From Candidatus Levyibacteriota bacterium (GTDB lineage: Bacteria > Patescibacteriota > Microgenomatia > Levybacterales > UBA12049), in contig JBBRCK010000004.1 in assembly GCA_038205015.1 (NCBI GenBank), positions 4,620 to 68,619 on the forward strand: DNA of 64,000 nt, written 5' to 3'. The notes beneath the pieces are model-generated. The model was not told where the DNA came from. It saw only the letters and a list, made by a program, of their open reading frames with translations, and did no database searches. Each line of letters opens with the position of its first letter. Within the stretch, counting starts at the first letter, position 1. Shown here piece by piece: positions 50,535 through 60,055 of the stretch. A program made the position numbers and the translations under genes.

Positions 50535-51566
50535 TTAATCGAAATACAATTCCGGATTTGCAGAAAGATTTTTCCAAGAGACTTCCTGATAATTATAAAA
50601 AGCAGCTGTTGCAATCATCGCAGCGTTATCTGTACATAAAGTACTTTCGGGAACAAAAAACTTTACGTCTAAATTATTTTTATTTATGTACTGAGTAAAC
50701 TTATTTTTTAGCGTTTGACTTGCGGCGACTCCACCTCCCAGAATAATTGATTTAGTATTGTATTTTTTGAAGGCTTTAATTGTTTTTTTAATTAAAACAT
50801 CAAAAACTGCTTCTTGAAGCGAATAAGAAATATTTATAATATCTTTTTCCTTTAAATTTTTTTGACCAATTTTTTCAACTTCCCGAAGAACAGCTGCTTT
50901 AAGACCGGAAAACGAAAAATCTAAGTCACCTGATCCAAGCATGGGTCTTGGAAAATGATAAATGTCTTCATTAGTTTTTTTTGCAATTTTTTCAATTTCC
51001 GGTCCTGCAGGATAAGAAAGATTTAAAAGTCGTCCTGTTTTATCAAATGCCTCACCGGCGGCATCATCTCTTGTTCCTCCCAACCATTCAATGTTTTGGT
51101 GATTTTTTATTAATACTAAGTCAGTATGTCCACCGGAAACAATAAGTGCTAGTGCAGGAAATTCTATATCTTGTTTATTTTCAGATTCTATCCAATTTGC
51201 ATAAATATGTCCGAAGAGATGATTAACCGGAATTAGTGGCTTTTTCCAGAGGTAAGAGAATATTCTCGCTGTTTCTACTCCTACAAGTAAAGAACCGATT
51301 AATCCCGGTCCATTAGTAACTGCGATTGCATCTATTTCTTCTTTTGGATTTTTTAATATTTTTAAGGCTTCATCAATTACGGGAATTATAAATTTTACTT
51401 GTTCTCTTGCGGCAACTTCCGGAATTATTCCTCCTGTTTTAGCATGCAAGCTTAGCGAAGTGGAAATAACATTAGATAATAATTTAACCTTTTTTTCTTT
51501 TTTGTCTGTTTTAATTAACGAAGCAGCGGTTTCATCACAGCTTGTTTCAATTCCTAAAATTATCAT
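50535..51566 (-). CDS. tsaD: tRNA N6-adenosine threonylcarbamoyltransferase TsaD (Kae1/YgjD)
   Basis: 343 aa; MIILGIETSCDETAASL start. Confidence 0.93.
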   Translation of the reverse strand: MIILGIETSCDETAASLIKTDKKEKKVKLLSNVISTSLSLHAKTGGIIPEVAAREQVKFIIPVIDEALKILKNPKEEIDAIAVTNGPGLIGSLLVGVETARIFSYLWKKPLIPVNHLFGHIYANWIESENKQDIEFPALALIVSGGHTDLVLIKNHQNIEWLGGTRDDAAGEAFDKTGRLLNLSYPAGPEIEKIAKKTNEDIYHFPRPMLGSGDLDFSFSGLKAAVLREVEKIGQKNLKEKDIINISYSLQEAVFDVLIKKTIKAFKKYNTKSIILGGGVAASQTLKNKFTQYINKNNLDVKFFVPESTLCTDNAAMIATAAFYNYQEVSWKNLSANPELYFD

Positions 51567-51568
51567 AT

Positions 51569-52018
51569 TTATAGATTTATTTTTACTTTGTCACCGATTT
51601 TAAAATTGTATGTATGGGAAAGTCCCGCATTGATTTCAAAAACAAAATTAGCTTTAGTTCTGGGTTTATAGATTGTTAATTTTTCATCCGGTGATTTTGG
51701 ATTGGGAACATTCTCAAAAATATCAACAATGGTACTGTCTTTAATATAAATTATATCTATGGGAAATTTCATATCTTTCATCCAAAAAGCGAAATAGTCA
51801 TAATTTGAAAAAGGGAATAGCATGCCCATATTTGATGGAAGCTTGTTGTATTTTGCCAAGCCTACCTCTTGCTCCTGATTAGATTTGGCAATATCCAATA
51901 TGAAGGTTTTATTGTTAATAGAAATTGTATTTTTTGGATTATTTTGCTTGTTAGAAAAAAGCCCCCAAATTATAAATATTACAATTGTAGCTAAAATTAA
52001 TATCGCAAAGTTTTTCAT
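51569..52018 (-). CDS. DUF192 domain protein
   Basis: N-terminal TM then MLFPF...FWMKDMKFPIDIIYI pattern. Confidence 0.55.
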   Translation of the reverse strand: MKNFAILILATIVIFIIWGLFSNKQNNPKNTISINNKTFILDIAKSNQEQEVGLAKYNKLPSNMGMLFPFSNYDYFAFWMKDMKFPIDIIYIKDSTIVDIFENVPNPKSPDEKLTIYKPRTKANFVFEINAGLSHTYNFKIGDKVKINL

Positions 52019-52021
52019 GGC

Positions 52022-52507
52022 TTAAAAGTTTTTATAAATTAAATCTGTAAGTTTGGAAGTGGATTTATTTTTTATTTTAGCTATTACAGAAACCACCTTT
52101 GCGTTAATTTCTTTTGCCTGTCTGATATTATGAATTTCTTGAGGATCATTTTTGGTTATCGCAATTACATTAGGTTTTAAAGAAAAAATTAGACTATCGT
52201 AATCTGTGTTTGTTTTCATTTCGTTAAGTAAAACTACAAAGTCAACGAAATTAATCGATGCCAGTATTTCGGCCCTATCTTTTTGTTTATTAATCGGTCT
52301 TTTTTGTCCTTTTAATTTTTTTACATTTTTGTCATTTTCCAAAAGAACAAATAGAAAGTCTCCCTTCTCTTTAGCTTTTTGCAAAAATTTTATATGACCG
52401 ATATGTAAAATATCAAAACAACCTCCACAAACGACGATTGATTTTTTATCTTTCTTTAGATTTACGGAAATTTTGATAGCTTTGTTAACTGTTATTATTT
52501 TACTCAC
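52022..52507 (-). CDS. cytidylyltransferase-like nucleotidyltransferase (RfaE domain II / TagD-like)
   Basis: VCGGCFDILHIGHIKFL (HxGH) motif. Confidence 0.7.
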   Translation of the reverse strand: MSKIITVNKAIKISVNLKKDKKSIVVCGGCFDILHIGHIKFLQKAKEKGDFLFVLLENDKNVKKLKGQKRPINKQKDRAEILASINFVDFVVLLNEMKTNTDYDSLIFSLKPNVIAITKNDPQEIHNIRQAKEINAKVVSVIAKIKNKSTSKLTDLIYKNF

Positions 52508-53952
52508 TCTTTAGTACCTCTTAAATAAATTGCCTGCCATGGTCTATAATTTGAAACAAATTTATCGGATATTATAACTTTATTATTTTGTGTGACAGTG
52601 CGGGTAAAATAAACATCTGCTCCCCAGGCCGCAAAATCTGTTTGTTTAATTTCTCCCTTAGGGAGCGTTGGGTCGTCTTGATAAAGATCTGGTGGAGGCG
52701 GGGCTTGATTAGTCACGACCGGTTCTGTCATGGTAACTTGTCTTCCATCCTTTGTACCGTAAAAATAAAAAGCTAAGGAAAGATTATCTAAATCAATTTG
52801 ACTTTGGACCAAGATGTAATGATTTGTATCGTTTTTAAATTTTAAATCAACACTTGGAACAAAAACAGTTGCATCAATTCCTGGAGCAGAATTTTCTTCA
52901 TAGTAACCAACTCTGTATGCGTGAGCGTTTCTTTCAATAACAGGTAGTCCTGCATCAAGAATTGCTCTGAAAAATGTAGTTGAAACCTGACAAACACCTC
53001 CACCATCTCCTAGAACTGTTTTACCGTCTTGAATTACATAAGCTTGTTTATACCCCGTAAAAGCAGATACATCGCCCAGCGCTTTATCAAATGAAAATGT
53101 TTCTCCTGGAGCAATCAGTACTCCATTTATTCTGGATGTGGCAAGATTTACGTTGTAAATTCTTCCCGGAATTGAATGATAAAATTGAGAATGGCCCTCG
53201 CCGAGTAGCTCTTTTATTCCAAGGTTGTTTACTTTTTCGGTAGTAATATTAGGATCAAGTATTTTTATCGGAATATCGATGACAACAATTGTATTAGCAT
53301 TGTTAGAAGTGGTAACTTTTAAGGCCTGAGAAATTATTTTTTTATTTAAAGCATCCATGTCTATTACTTGTCCTTGGCTTGACGGTCTAAAGGTAGTTAC
53401 CCTATTGTTTTCAAATTGAAAAAGCGCATCAGTTGGTTTTTTATCAATTTTTAGAGCAATTGGATTTATTAATTCGCTTAATTTACTTTGATCATAAGCG
53501 TAGGATGGGGAAAGGTAAATTCCCGAAAAGTATGCTTGTATTAAAAGATTAAAGTTTGAAAGCAAAGATCTGGATCGTCCAATGCTGTACGCTTGTTCGC
53601 CGGAAAGTTTGCTGTCGTAACCAAAATTTATTTGTTTTGAAGACATAGTGGCAATTTCACTGCCATAAATAAAAGTAAAAGAAGTATTACCAAAGATTGA
53701 ATTTTTGTAGATAAAAAAATTCTCAACTTCTTGTTTAGTTTTTCCTCCAAAATTGATGTTGTTTACGTAGATTCCCGGGAATACTTTGTTTTCATTAAGC
53801 TTCTCGTACGCAAAAAATCCAAAGGAAGTAATCAAAATTAATGAGAGGATAGCTCCAAATAAAAACCAAAATAAGATTCTAGAAGCGCGAATTATTTTTT
53901 TCTTAAGCTTGTAATTAAAAATTAATTTAAGCCTATTAAGATTTATCTTCAT
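52504..53952 (-). CDS. VanW family protein (membrane-anchored)
   Basis: N-terminal TM; C-terminal VanW motif GETFSF...GGGVCQVSTTFFRA. Confidence 0.75.
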   Translation of the reverse strand: MKINLNRLKLIFNYKLKKKIIRASRILFWFLFGAILSLILITSFGFFAYEKLNENKVFPGIYVNNINFGGKTKQEVENFFIYKNSIFGNTSFTFIYGSEIATMSSKQINFGYDSKLSGEQAYSIGRSRSLLSNFNLLIQAYFSGIYLSPSYAYDQSKLSELINPIALKIDKKPTDALFQFENNRVTTFRPSSQGQVIDMDALNKKIISQALKVTTSNNANTIVVIDIPIKILDPNITTEKVNNLGIKELLGEGHSQFYHSIPGRIYNVNLATSRINGVLIAPGETFSFDKALGDVSAFTGYKQAYVIQDGKTVLGDGGGVCQVSTTFFRAILDAGLPVIERNAHAYRVGYYEENSAPGIDATVFVPSVDLKFKNDTNHYILVQSQIDLDNLSLAFYFYGTKDGRQVTMTEPVVTNQAPPPPDLYQDDPTLPKGEIKQTDFAAWGADVYFTRTVTQNNKVIISDKFVSNYRPWQAIYLRGTKE

Positions 53953-53991
53953 TGTTATGTTTTCTATTTGGTATTATACTATAAATTAGCT

Positions 53992-55458
53992 ATGAATAAT
54001 GATCAGCCAGTATTTAATTCTAATCAGCCTCAGCCTTTATCGCAGCCTCAAGTTCAAGTCCAGCAGGCAAACCCACCGATTGCTCAAGTGCCAGTTATAA
54101 ATCAGCAGCAAAAACCGATAATTAGTCAGCCTGTTGGGGGTAGCGGAAAGGGATCTAAATTTAAAAAAATATTTAAAATATTAATTGTTTTATTGGTTAC
54201 ATTTGGATTTATCGGGTTAATGATGTTTGCATTATCAATTTTTCCTAAAAACTCATCGTCAACCGCCGGCAATGGGCAGGTTAAATTAACTTATTGGGGA
54301 CTCTTGGAAGATCCCAGTGTTATGCAAGGAATAATTTCAGATTTTGAAAAACAAAATCCGAAAATAACGGTTGAATATTCAAAACAGGATATTAATCAAT
54401 ACAAGCAAAGACTTGATGCCAGAATAGCTGCCGGGACCGGCCCGGATATATTTAGATTTCATAATACTTGGTATCCGATGCTTTCTAAAATTTTGCTACC
54501 TTTGCCAAATGATACTATTTCCAAAGAAGAGTTTGCAAGAAATTATTACCCCGTAGTTCAGAAGGATTTAATAAAAAACGGAGCAATTTACGGAATTCCT
54601 TTAGAAATTGATACTCTGTCTTTATTTATAAATACTGCTCTTTTTCAAACGGCAGGATTGAGTAGGCCGGTTACTTGGAACGATTTTATAAATGCGGCCA
54701 GAGTAATGACGGTAAAGGATGAGAATAAAAAAATTAAAACCGCCGGTGCAGGAATTGGCACTTATGATAATGTTACCCATGCGCCGGATATCCTATCTTT
54801 ATTGTTTTTACAAAATGGCGTAGATTTTAAAAACATTACCGCATCTTCTGATAGGATTCAAGGTGCGTTTAATTTTTATACTTCTTTTGCAAAAGATGAA
54901 AGCGCTGTTTGGGATAATACTTTAGATCCAACAATTCTTGCATTTTCAAAAGGAAATTTAGGGATGTTTTTTGGTTATTCATGGGATTTTTATACAATTA
55001 AGCAGTTTAATCCAAATCTTAATTTTCAGATAGTTCCCGTTCCTCAACTTCCAAATCAAAATGTTACTTTGGCGAGTTATTGGGCAGAAGGTGTTTCGGC
55101 AAGGAGCAAGAATCAGAAAGAAGCTCTTCTATTTATGAAATATCTTGCCAGAAAAGATATTGCCCAAAGATTATACGCAGAGGAATCAAAAACAAGATTA
55201 TTTGGTGAACCATATGCAAGAATTGATTTAGCAGATAATTTAAAAGATAATCCAAATGCCTATACTTTTGTTTCTCAAGCTCCCGATGCACAATCTTCTT
55301 TTTTTGTTGATAGTACAAACGATAGTGGATTAAACCAGCAACTTAATACTTATTTGGGTCAGGCGATTAATTCTATTTTAAATAATGGTTCAGTTGAAAG
55401 CGAATTTGATAATTTCTCTAAAGGTATTTTACCGGTACTTGGGCAGTACGGAGAATAG
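53992..55458 (+). CDS. membrane-anchored extracellular solute-binding protein (ABC type, family 1-like) with Pro/Gln-rich N-terminal region
   Basis: Start at MNNDQ (track 53968 start less likely); TM helix then SBP fold; no adjacent permease/ATPase. Confidence 0.65.
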   Translation: MNNDQPVFNSNQPQPLSQPQVQVQQANPPIAQVPVINQQQKPIISQPVGGSGKGSKFKKIFKILIVLLVTFGFIGLMMFALSIFPKNSSSTAGNGQVKLTYWGLLEDPSVMQGIISDFEKQNPKITVEYSKQDINQYKQRLDARIAAGTGPDIFRFHNTWYPMLSKILLPLPNDTISKEEFARNYYPVVQKDLIKNGAIYGIPLEIDTLSLFINTALFQTAGLSRPVTWNDFINAARVMTVKDENKKIKTAGAGIGTYDNVTHAPDILSLLFLQNGVDFKNITASSDRIQGAFNFYTSFAKDESAVWDNTLDPTILAFSKGNLGMFFGYSWDFYTIKQFNPNLNFQIVPVPQLPNQNVTLASYWAEGVSARSKNQKEALLFMKYLARKDIAQRLYAEESKTRLFGEPYARIDLADNLKDNPNAYTFVSQAPDAQSSFFVDSTNDSGLNQQLNTYLGQAINSILNNGSVESEFDNFSKGILPVLGQYGE

Positions 55459-55498
55459 CTTAAGTAAATTTAGTCCCCTATTTTACTACTAGAGGCCA

Positions 55499-55527
55499 TT
55501 GACAAAAAATTTATAATAATCTATCAT
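55499..55527 (+). promoter_or_regulatory. putative promoter TTGACA-17-TATCAT upstream of greA
   Basis: TTGACA 55499-55504; TATCAT 55522-55527. Confidence 0.4.
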
Positions 55528-55559
55528 TCTTAAAGTTAATTTATAGTATTTATTCAATT

Positions 55560-55597
55560 ATTCCCTCTAAGTTTAACTATTGGAGGGAATTTATTTT
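55560..55597 (+). terminator. leader hairpin ATTCCCTC-15nt-GAGGGAAT + TTTATTTT between promoter and greA ATG
   Basis: 8-bp perfect inverted repeat followed by T-rich run. Confidence 0.4.
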
Positions 55598-55612
55598 AAC
55601 TAAATCGAAATT

Positions 55613-56086
55613 ATGGATAGTAAAAAAATATATTTAACAAAAGAAGGATTAGAAGAATTAAAAAAAGAATTCGACGAACTCACAAAAAATAAAAGGCCTG
55701 ATGTGTTGGAACGAGTATCTCAAGCAAGAAGCATGGGAGACTTATCCGAAAACGCAGAATATGTTGCGGCAAGGGAAGAATTGTCTTTTATTGACGGGCG
55801 AATAGATGAATTAGAAGAACTTATAAAACAAGCAGTTCTTATCGAAGAAGCTCATTCTAAAGGACAATCTCAGGTAGTTGGATTAGGCTCAACGGTAACG
55901 GTTCATCTAAAAGGAAAAAAAGAGATATTTATGGTTGTTGGCGAATGGGAAGCAGATCCACACGAGAAAAAAATTTCGCATGAATCTCCCCTTGGCAAAG
56001 CTTTGCTTGGTAAAAAGGTCGGAGAAACAGTTGAAGTAGAGGCCCCGGCGGGAAAAGTAGTTTACACGATTGTTTCTTTAAGTTAA
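55613..56086 (+). CDS. greA: transcription elongation factor GreA
   Basis: 157 aa; coiled-coil N-domain with D41/E44-like acidic tip and FKBP-like C-domain. Confidence 0.9.
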   Translation: MDSKKIYLTKEGLEELKKEFDELTKNKRPDVLERVSQARSMGDLSENAEYVAAREELSFIDGRIDELEELIKQAVLIEEAHSKGQSQVVGLGSTVTVHLKGKKEIFMVVGEWEADPHEKKISHESPLGKALLGKKVGETVEVEAPAGKVVYTIVSLS

Positions 56087-56096
56087 AATAAGAGGC

Positions 56097-57293
56097 ATGC
56101 CCCAACAAGATTTCTATAAAAAACTCGAATCAGCAGTTTCTTCAGGTAAATCTCCATACGTTATTGAATCAGGAGAAGGCGCCTATCTAAAAATCAACGG
56201 AGTAGATAAACTTAATTTTTGCTCAAGTCATTATTTAGGATTGGCCGAAGACCAAAGACTTAAAGACTCAGTTCGCGATGCCGTTCAAAAATTCGGTGTT
56301 GGCACAGGTTATAGAACTTTGGCCGGGACACATGTTCTTCACCTGCGGCTTGAAGATGCAATTGCTAAATTTAAAGGAACAGAGGCAGCAGTTGTTTTTA
56401 CCAGCGCTTATATGGCAAATGCGGCTGCAATTCAAACCATTATTGGAAAAGAAGATATTGTAATTTCGGATGAATTAAATCATGCATCAATTATTGATGC
56501 GGTTAGGTTAAGCGGTGTAAAAAATAAACTCATTTACAAACATACAGATGCTTTGGATTTGGAAGAAAAACTAAAAGAAGCCTTGGAAATTAAAAAAACT
56601 CCAAAAGCCAACGGAGAAGTGCCTTTAATTTTAATTATTACAGATGGAGTTTTTTCTATGGACGGGGATTTAGCACCTCTTCCTCAAATTTATGAACTCG
56701 CTCAAAAATACGGCGCTTTGACAATGGTTGATGATGCTCATGGTGAAGGAGTATTGGGAAACGGCGGACGGGGAATAGTTGATCATTTTGGTTTGGTTGG
56801 AAAGATTGACATAGAAGTTGGAAGTTTGTCAAAAGCGTTTTCTGTAATAGGTGGATTTATCGCAGGAAATAAAACTTTAATTAACTACTATAATTTAAAG
56901 GCAAGACAAAGACTTTTTTCAATTGCCCTTACAATTCCGGATACTGCTGCCGCTCTTGAGGCTATAAATATACTTTTAGAATCGGATGCTCCGGTTAAAA
57001 AGCTTTGGGAAAACGTTGACTATCTTAAGGAAGAATTTAAAAAATTAGGCTTTGATATAGGAAATTCTCAGTCTCCAATTATTCCAATTATGATAGGAGA
57101 CGAAGAAAAAGCAAAAGAGTTTAGTACTAAATTATTTGAAGAAAATATTTTTGCAACCCCAATTGTATTCCCAATGGTTTCTAAAGGAAAGGCCAGAATA
57201 AGAGTGATTCCATCGGCTTCTCATTCAAAAGAAGACCTTAATAAAGGAATAGAAGCTTTCAAGAAAATAGGAACGGAAATGAAAATTATATGA
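56097..57293 (+). CDS. kbl: 2-amino-3-ketobutyrate CoA ligase (glycine C-acetyltransferase)
   Basis: 398 aa PLP class-II aminotransferase/AONS family; GSLSKAF Lys; operon with tdh. Confidence 0.75.
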   Translation: MPQQDFYKKLESAVSSGKSPYVIESGEGAYLKINGVDKLNFCSSHYLGLAEDQRLKDSVRDAVQKFGVGTGYRTLAGTHVLHLRLEDAIAKFKGTEAAVVFTSAYMANAAAIQTIIGKEDIVISDELNHASIIDAVRLSGVKNKLIYKHTDALDLEEKLKEALEIKKTPKANGEVPLILIITDGVFSMDGDLAPLPQIYELAQKYGALTMVDDAHGEGVLGNGGRGIVDHFGLVGKIDIEVGSLSKAFSVIGGFIAGNKTLINYYNLKARQRLFSIALTIPDTAAALEAINILLESDAPVKKLWENVDYLKEEFKKLGFDIGNSQSPIIPIMIGDEEKAKEFSTKLFEENIFATPIVFPMVSKGKARIRVIPSASHSKEDLNKGIEAFKKIGTEMKII

Positions 57294-58231
57294 GTAAAAA
57301 AATTTTAGTAACCGGAGCATTTGGGCAGATAGGATCAGAACTTGTTCCTGCTCTTCAGAAAGAATTTGGAAAAGAAAATGTTGTTGCAATGGGTCATTCT
57401 AATGTTTCTGAGAATTTTGACGGAATTTTAGAAAAAGCCGATGCAAGAGATAAGGAAGCAGTTTCCAAGATAATTAAAAAATACGATATTGACACTGTTT
57501 ATCATTTAGTTTCTTTACTTTCCGCAAAAGGTGAAGTTGATCCAAATGTAACGTGGGATATAAACATGACCGGGCTTAAAAATATACTTGATTTAGGAGT
57601 TGAATTTAATCTTAAAGTATTTTGGCCCAGTTCAATTGCTGCTTTCGGCCCAACAACGCCAAGGGAAGAAACACCCCAACATACAGTGCTTGAGCCAACT
57701 ACGATGTATGGGGTAACAAAATCTGCGGGAGAAGGGCTTTGCCGTTATTATCATAAAAAATACGGTTTAGATGTAAGATCTGTTCGCTATCCTGGTATTA
57801 TCTCTTGGAAAACTCCGCCAGGTGGCGGTACATCCGATTATGCAGTTGCAATTTTTTACGATGGAATTAAAACCGGCAAATATGAATGTTTTGTAAGAGA
57901 AGATACAAAACTTCCTATGATGTATATAGATGATGCGATTAAAGCGACAATTGATTTGATGAAAGCCGATTTAAAAAATATAGAAGATTGGAATAGTTAT
58001 AATATTGCCGCAATAAGTTTTGAAGTAAGCCAGTTAGAAAAGGAATTAAAAAAATATATCCCCAATTTAGTTGTGACTTTTAATCCTGATCACAGACAAA
58101 AGATTGCCGATTCATGGCCAAAATCAATTAGTGACGAAAGCGCAAGGAATGATTGGGGTTGGAAGCATGAATATGATCTTCCTAAAATGACTAAAGTCAT
58201 GGTAGAATCCTTACGTCTAATCCTCAAATGA
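57290..58231 (+). CDS. tdh: L-threonine 3-dehydrogenase, NAD-dependent epimerase/dehydratase family
   Basis: 313 aa; TGAFGQIGSEL Rossmann motif; 4-nt overlap with kbl. Confidence 0.7.
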   Translation: MSKKILVTGAFGQIGSELVPALQKEFGKENVVAMGHSNVSENFDGILEKADARDKEAVSKIIKKYDIDTVYHLVSLLSAKGEVDPNVTWDINMTGLKNILDLGVEFNLKVFWPSSIAAFGPTTPREETPQHTVLEPTTMYGVTKSAGEGLCRYYHKKYGLDVRSVRYPGIISWKTPPGGGTSDYAVAIFYDGIKTGKYECFVREDTKLPMMYIDDAIKATIDLMKADLKNIEDWNSYNIAAISFEVSQLEKELKKYIPNLVVTFNPDHRQKIADSWPKSISDESARNDWGWKHEYDLPKMTKVMVESLRLILK

Positions 58232-58245
58232 GCTATAATTAGCGT

Positions 58246-59751
58246 ATGTTTTGGGCCGATAAAATTGCAGAAGAAATAATAAAATCAGGCAAATATAAAC
58301 CCTATTGGGCTGATGATATGAAAACGCCCTCGGGTTTTTCTCATGTGGGATCTTTAATGGGGCCAATAATACATAGCATGATTTTTAGAGCGTTAAAAGA
58401 TGCAGGGCAAGATGCGACTTATACTTTTGTAATAAATGATTTTGATCCGGCTGACGATTTATTGCCAGAAGTAAAAGGAAAATTTGAAGGTGAGTTGGGT
58501 AAACCTCTAAAACTTGCAAGATCTCCTGACCCTAAATTTGAAAGTATGGCTGATATGTTTGGGAGTGATTTTATTAACGCAATCCAAAGTCTAGGTGTTG
58601 AAGCAGAAATTCTATCTTCATGGGAACTTTATCATCAAGGGAGATTTGACGAGGTAATTAAACTTGCTTTAGATAATGCCGAGAAAATTCAGGATATTTA
58701 TCAAAAAGTTAGCGGAAGTCAAAAAAAAGAATCCGGCTGGCTTCCTTTTCAAGTAATTTGTGAAAAATGTGGAAAGCTTGGAACTACAAAAGTCTTTGCA
58801 TGGGATGGAAAAGAAGTTTCATACAAGTGCGAACCTAATTTAGTTAAATGGGCTATTGGTTGTGGGCATGAAGGAAAAATTTCTCCCTTTAGTGGAACAG
58901 GCAAGCTTCCTTGGAAAATTGATTGGGCTGCTCATTGGAAAGTAATTGGAATTACAATTGAAGGAGCAGGTAAGGACCATGCGTCTAAAGGCGGTTCTTA
59001 TGATATAGCAATGACAATTTGTAAAGAAGTTTTTGGATACGAACAACCATTTAAGCTTCCATACGAATTTATATTAATAGGCGGTAAAAAAATGTCTTCT
59101 TCTAAGGGACTGGGAATAAAAGCTCATGATTTAATTAAAATACTTCCTCCATCTTTGGGACGTTTTCTCTTTGCAAAGTCTGATATTAAATCTCAAAGTA
59201 ATTTTGACCCGGATGGTACCAATGCAATTCCTGATCTTTTTGATGATTATCAAGAAGCAGCAAAAAGCTATTTTGCAAAAGACGATAGTGATTTAGCTAG
59301 GGCTTTTGAATTATCTCAAGTTGGCGAAATTACTAAGCCACCGGAAATTAGATTTTCAGTTTTAGCTCAATGGGTACAAATGCCAAATATGGCAGAAGAA
59401 ATAAAAAAAGAGGGTTTGGAAGATTGGGCAAGTTACGCAAGAGTTTGGGTAGAAAGATTTGCGCCAGAGAAAGATAAATTTACTGTTCAAGAAGAAATGC
59501 CAAAAGAGGCGGAAAGCCTTTCGGAAAAGCAAAAGCAGCTGCTTTTCTTACTATCAAAAGAACTGGATAAGAAATGGGATGGGGAAGAGTTTCAAGCAAA
59601 AATTTATGATTTAGGTAAAGAATTAGAATTGGGAGGAAAAGAAACGTTTGCGGCTATTTATTTATCTTTAATTGGAAAAGATCATGGGCCTAAAGCTGCT
59701 TGGCTTATTTTGTCTTTAGATAAGGATTTTGTAAAAAAAAGATTCGGTTAA
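58246..59751 (+). CDS. lysK: lysyl-tRNA synthetase, class I
   Basis: 501 aa; N-terminal FWAD..., HIGH-region PSGFSHVGS, KMSSSKG motif. Confidence 0.85.
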   Translation: MFWADKIAEEIIKSGKYKPYWADDMKTPSGFSHVGSLMGPIIHSMIFRALKDAGQDATYTFVINDFDPADDLLPEVKGKFEGELGKPLKLARSPDPKFESMADMFGSDFINAIQSLGVEAEILSSWELYHQGRFDEVIKLALDNAEKIQDIYQKVSGSQKKESGWLPFQVICEKCGKLGTTKVFAWDGKEVSYKCEPNLVKWAIGCGHEGKISPFSGTGKLPWKIDWAAHWKVIGITIEGAGKDHASKGGSYDIAMTICKEVFGYEQPFKLPYEFILIGGKKMSSSKGLGIKAHDLIKILPPSLGRFLFAKSDIKSQSNFDPDGTNAIPDLFDDYQEAAKSYFAKDDSDLARAFELSQVGEITKPPEIRFSVLAQWVQMPNMAEEIKKEGLEDWASYARVWVERFAPEKDKFTVQEEMPKEAESLSEKQKQLLFLLSKELDKKWDGEEFQAKIYDLGKELELGGKETFAAIYLSLIGKDHGPKAAWLILSLDKDFVKKRFG

Positions 59752-60002
59752 ACTTCGGATTCGGCGGGTTTTTCTTCATGTATTAATTTGTGAACTTGTC
59801 TTAGTAATTTCCCATCAGGAAGGCCGCTTCGATAGCCAATAATACTGCGTGCATGAATTCCTTCTCTTTCTAATTTTTCAACATCCACAAGAAGCCTAAA
59901 TCCCGCTTCATGAGTATCTGCGCTATCGCGGTGGCGTGGTCCTAATTCGTGATCCGTAACATCCCCCTGATCTAGTCTTAATTCGTTGTCTGGAGTAATC
60001 AT
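59748..60002 (-). CDS. hypothetical protein (GC-richer, overlaps lysK tail by 4 nt)
   Basis: 84 aa; only open frame on this strand; weak YhbY-like resemblance not reliable. Confidence 0.3.
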   Translation of the reverse strand: MITPDNELRLDQGDVTDHELGPRHRDSADTHEAGFRLLVDVEKLEREGIHARSIIGYRSGLPDGKLLRQVHKLIHEEKPAESEV

Positions 60003-60055
60003 AACGTATCATAGCACTTTAATTTATTTTTTCAAGCATGCTATAATCCTCTGGT

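Noticed and set aside
59748-60002. YhbY/CRS1-like RNA-binding assignment for the 84-aa ORF
   Set aside because: Resemblance (HEL...IGYRSGL) is weak and the N-terminal half of the domain would be missing; an in-frame stop 9 nt upstream prevents extension
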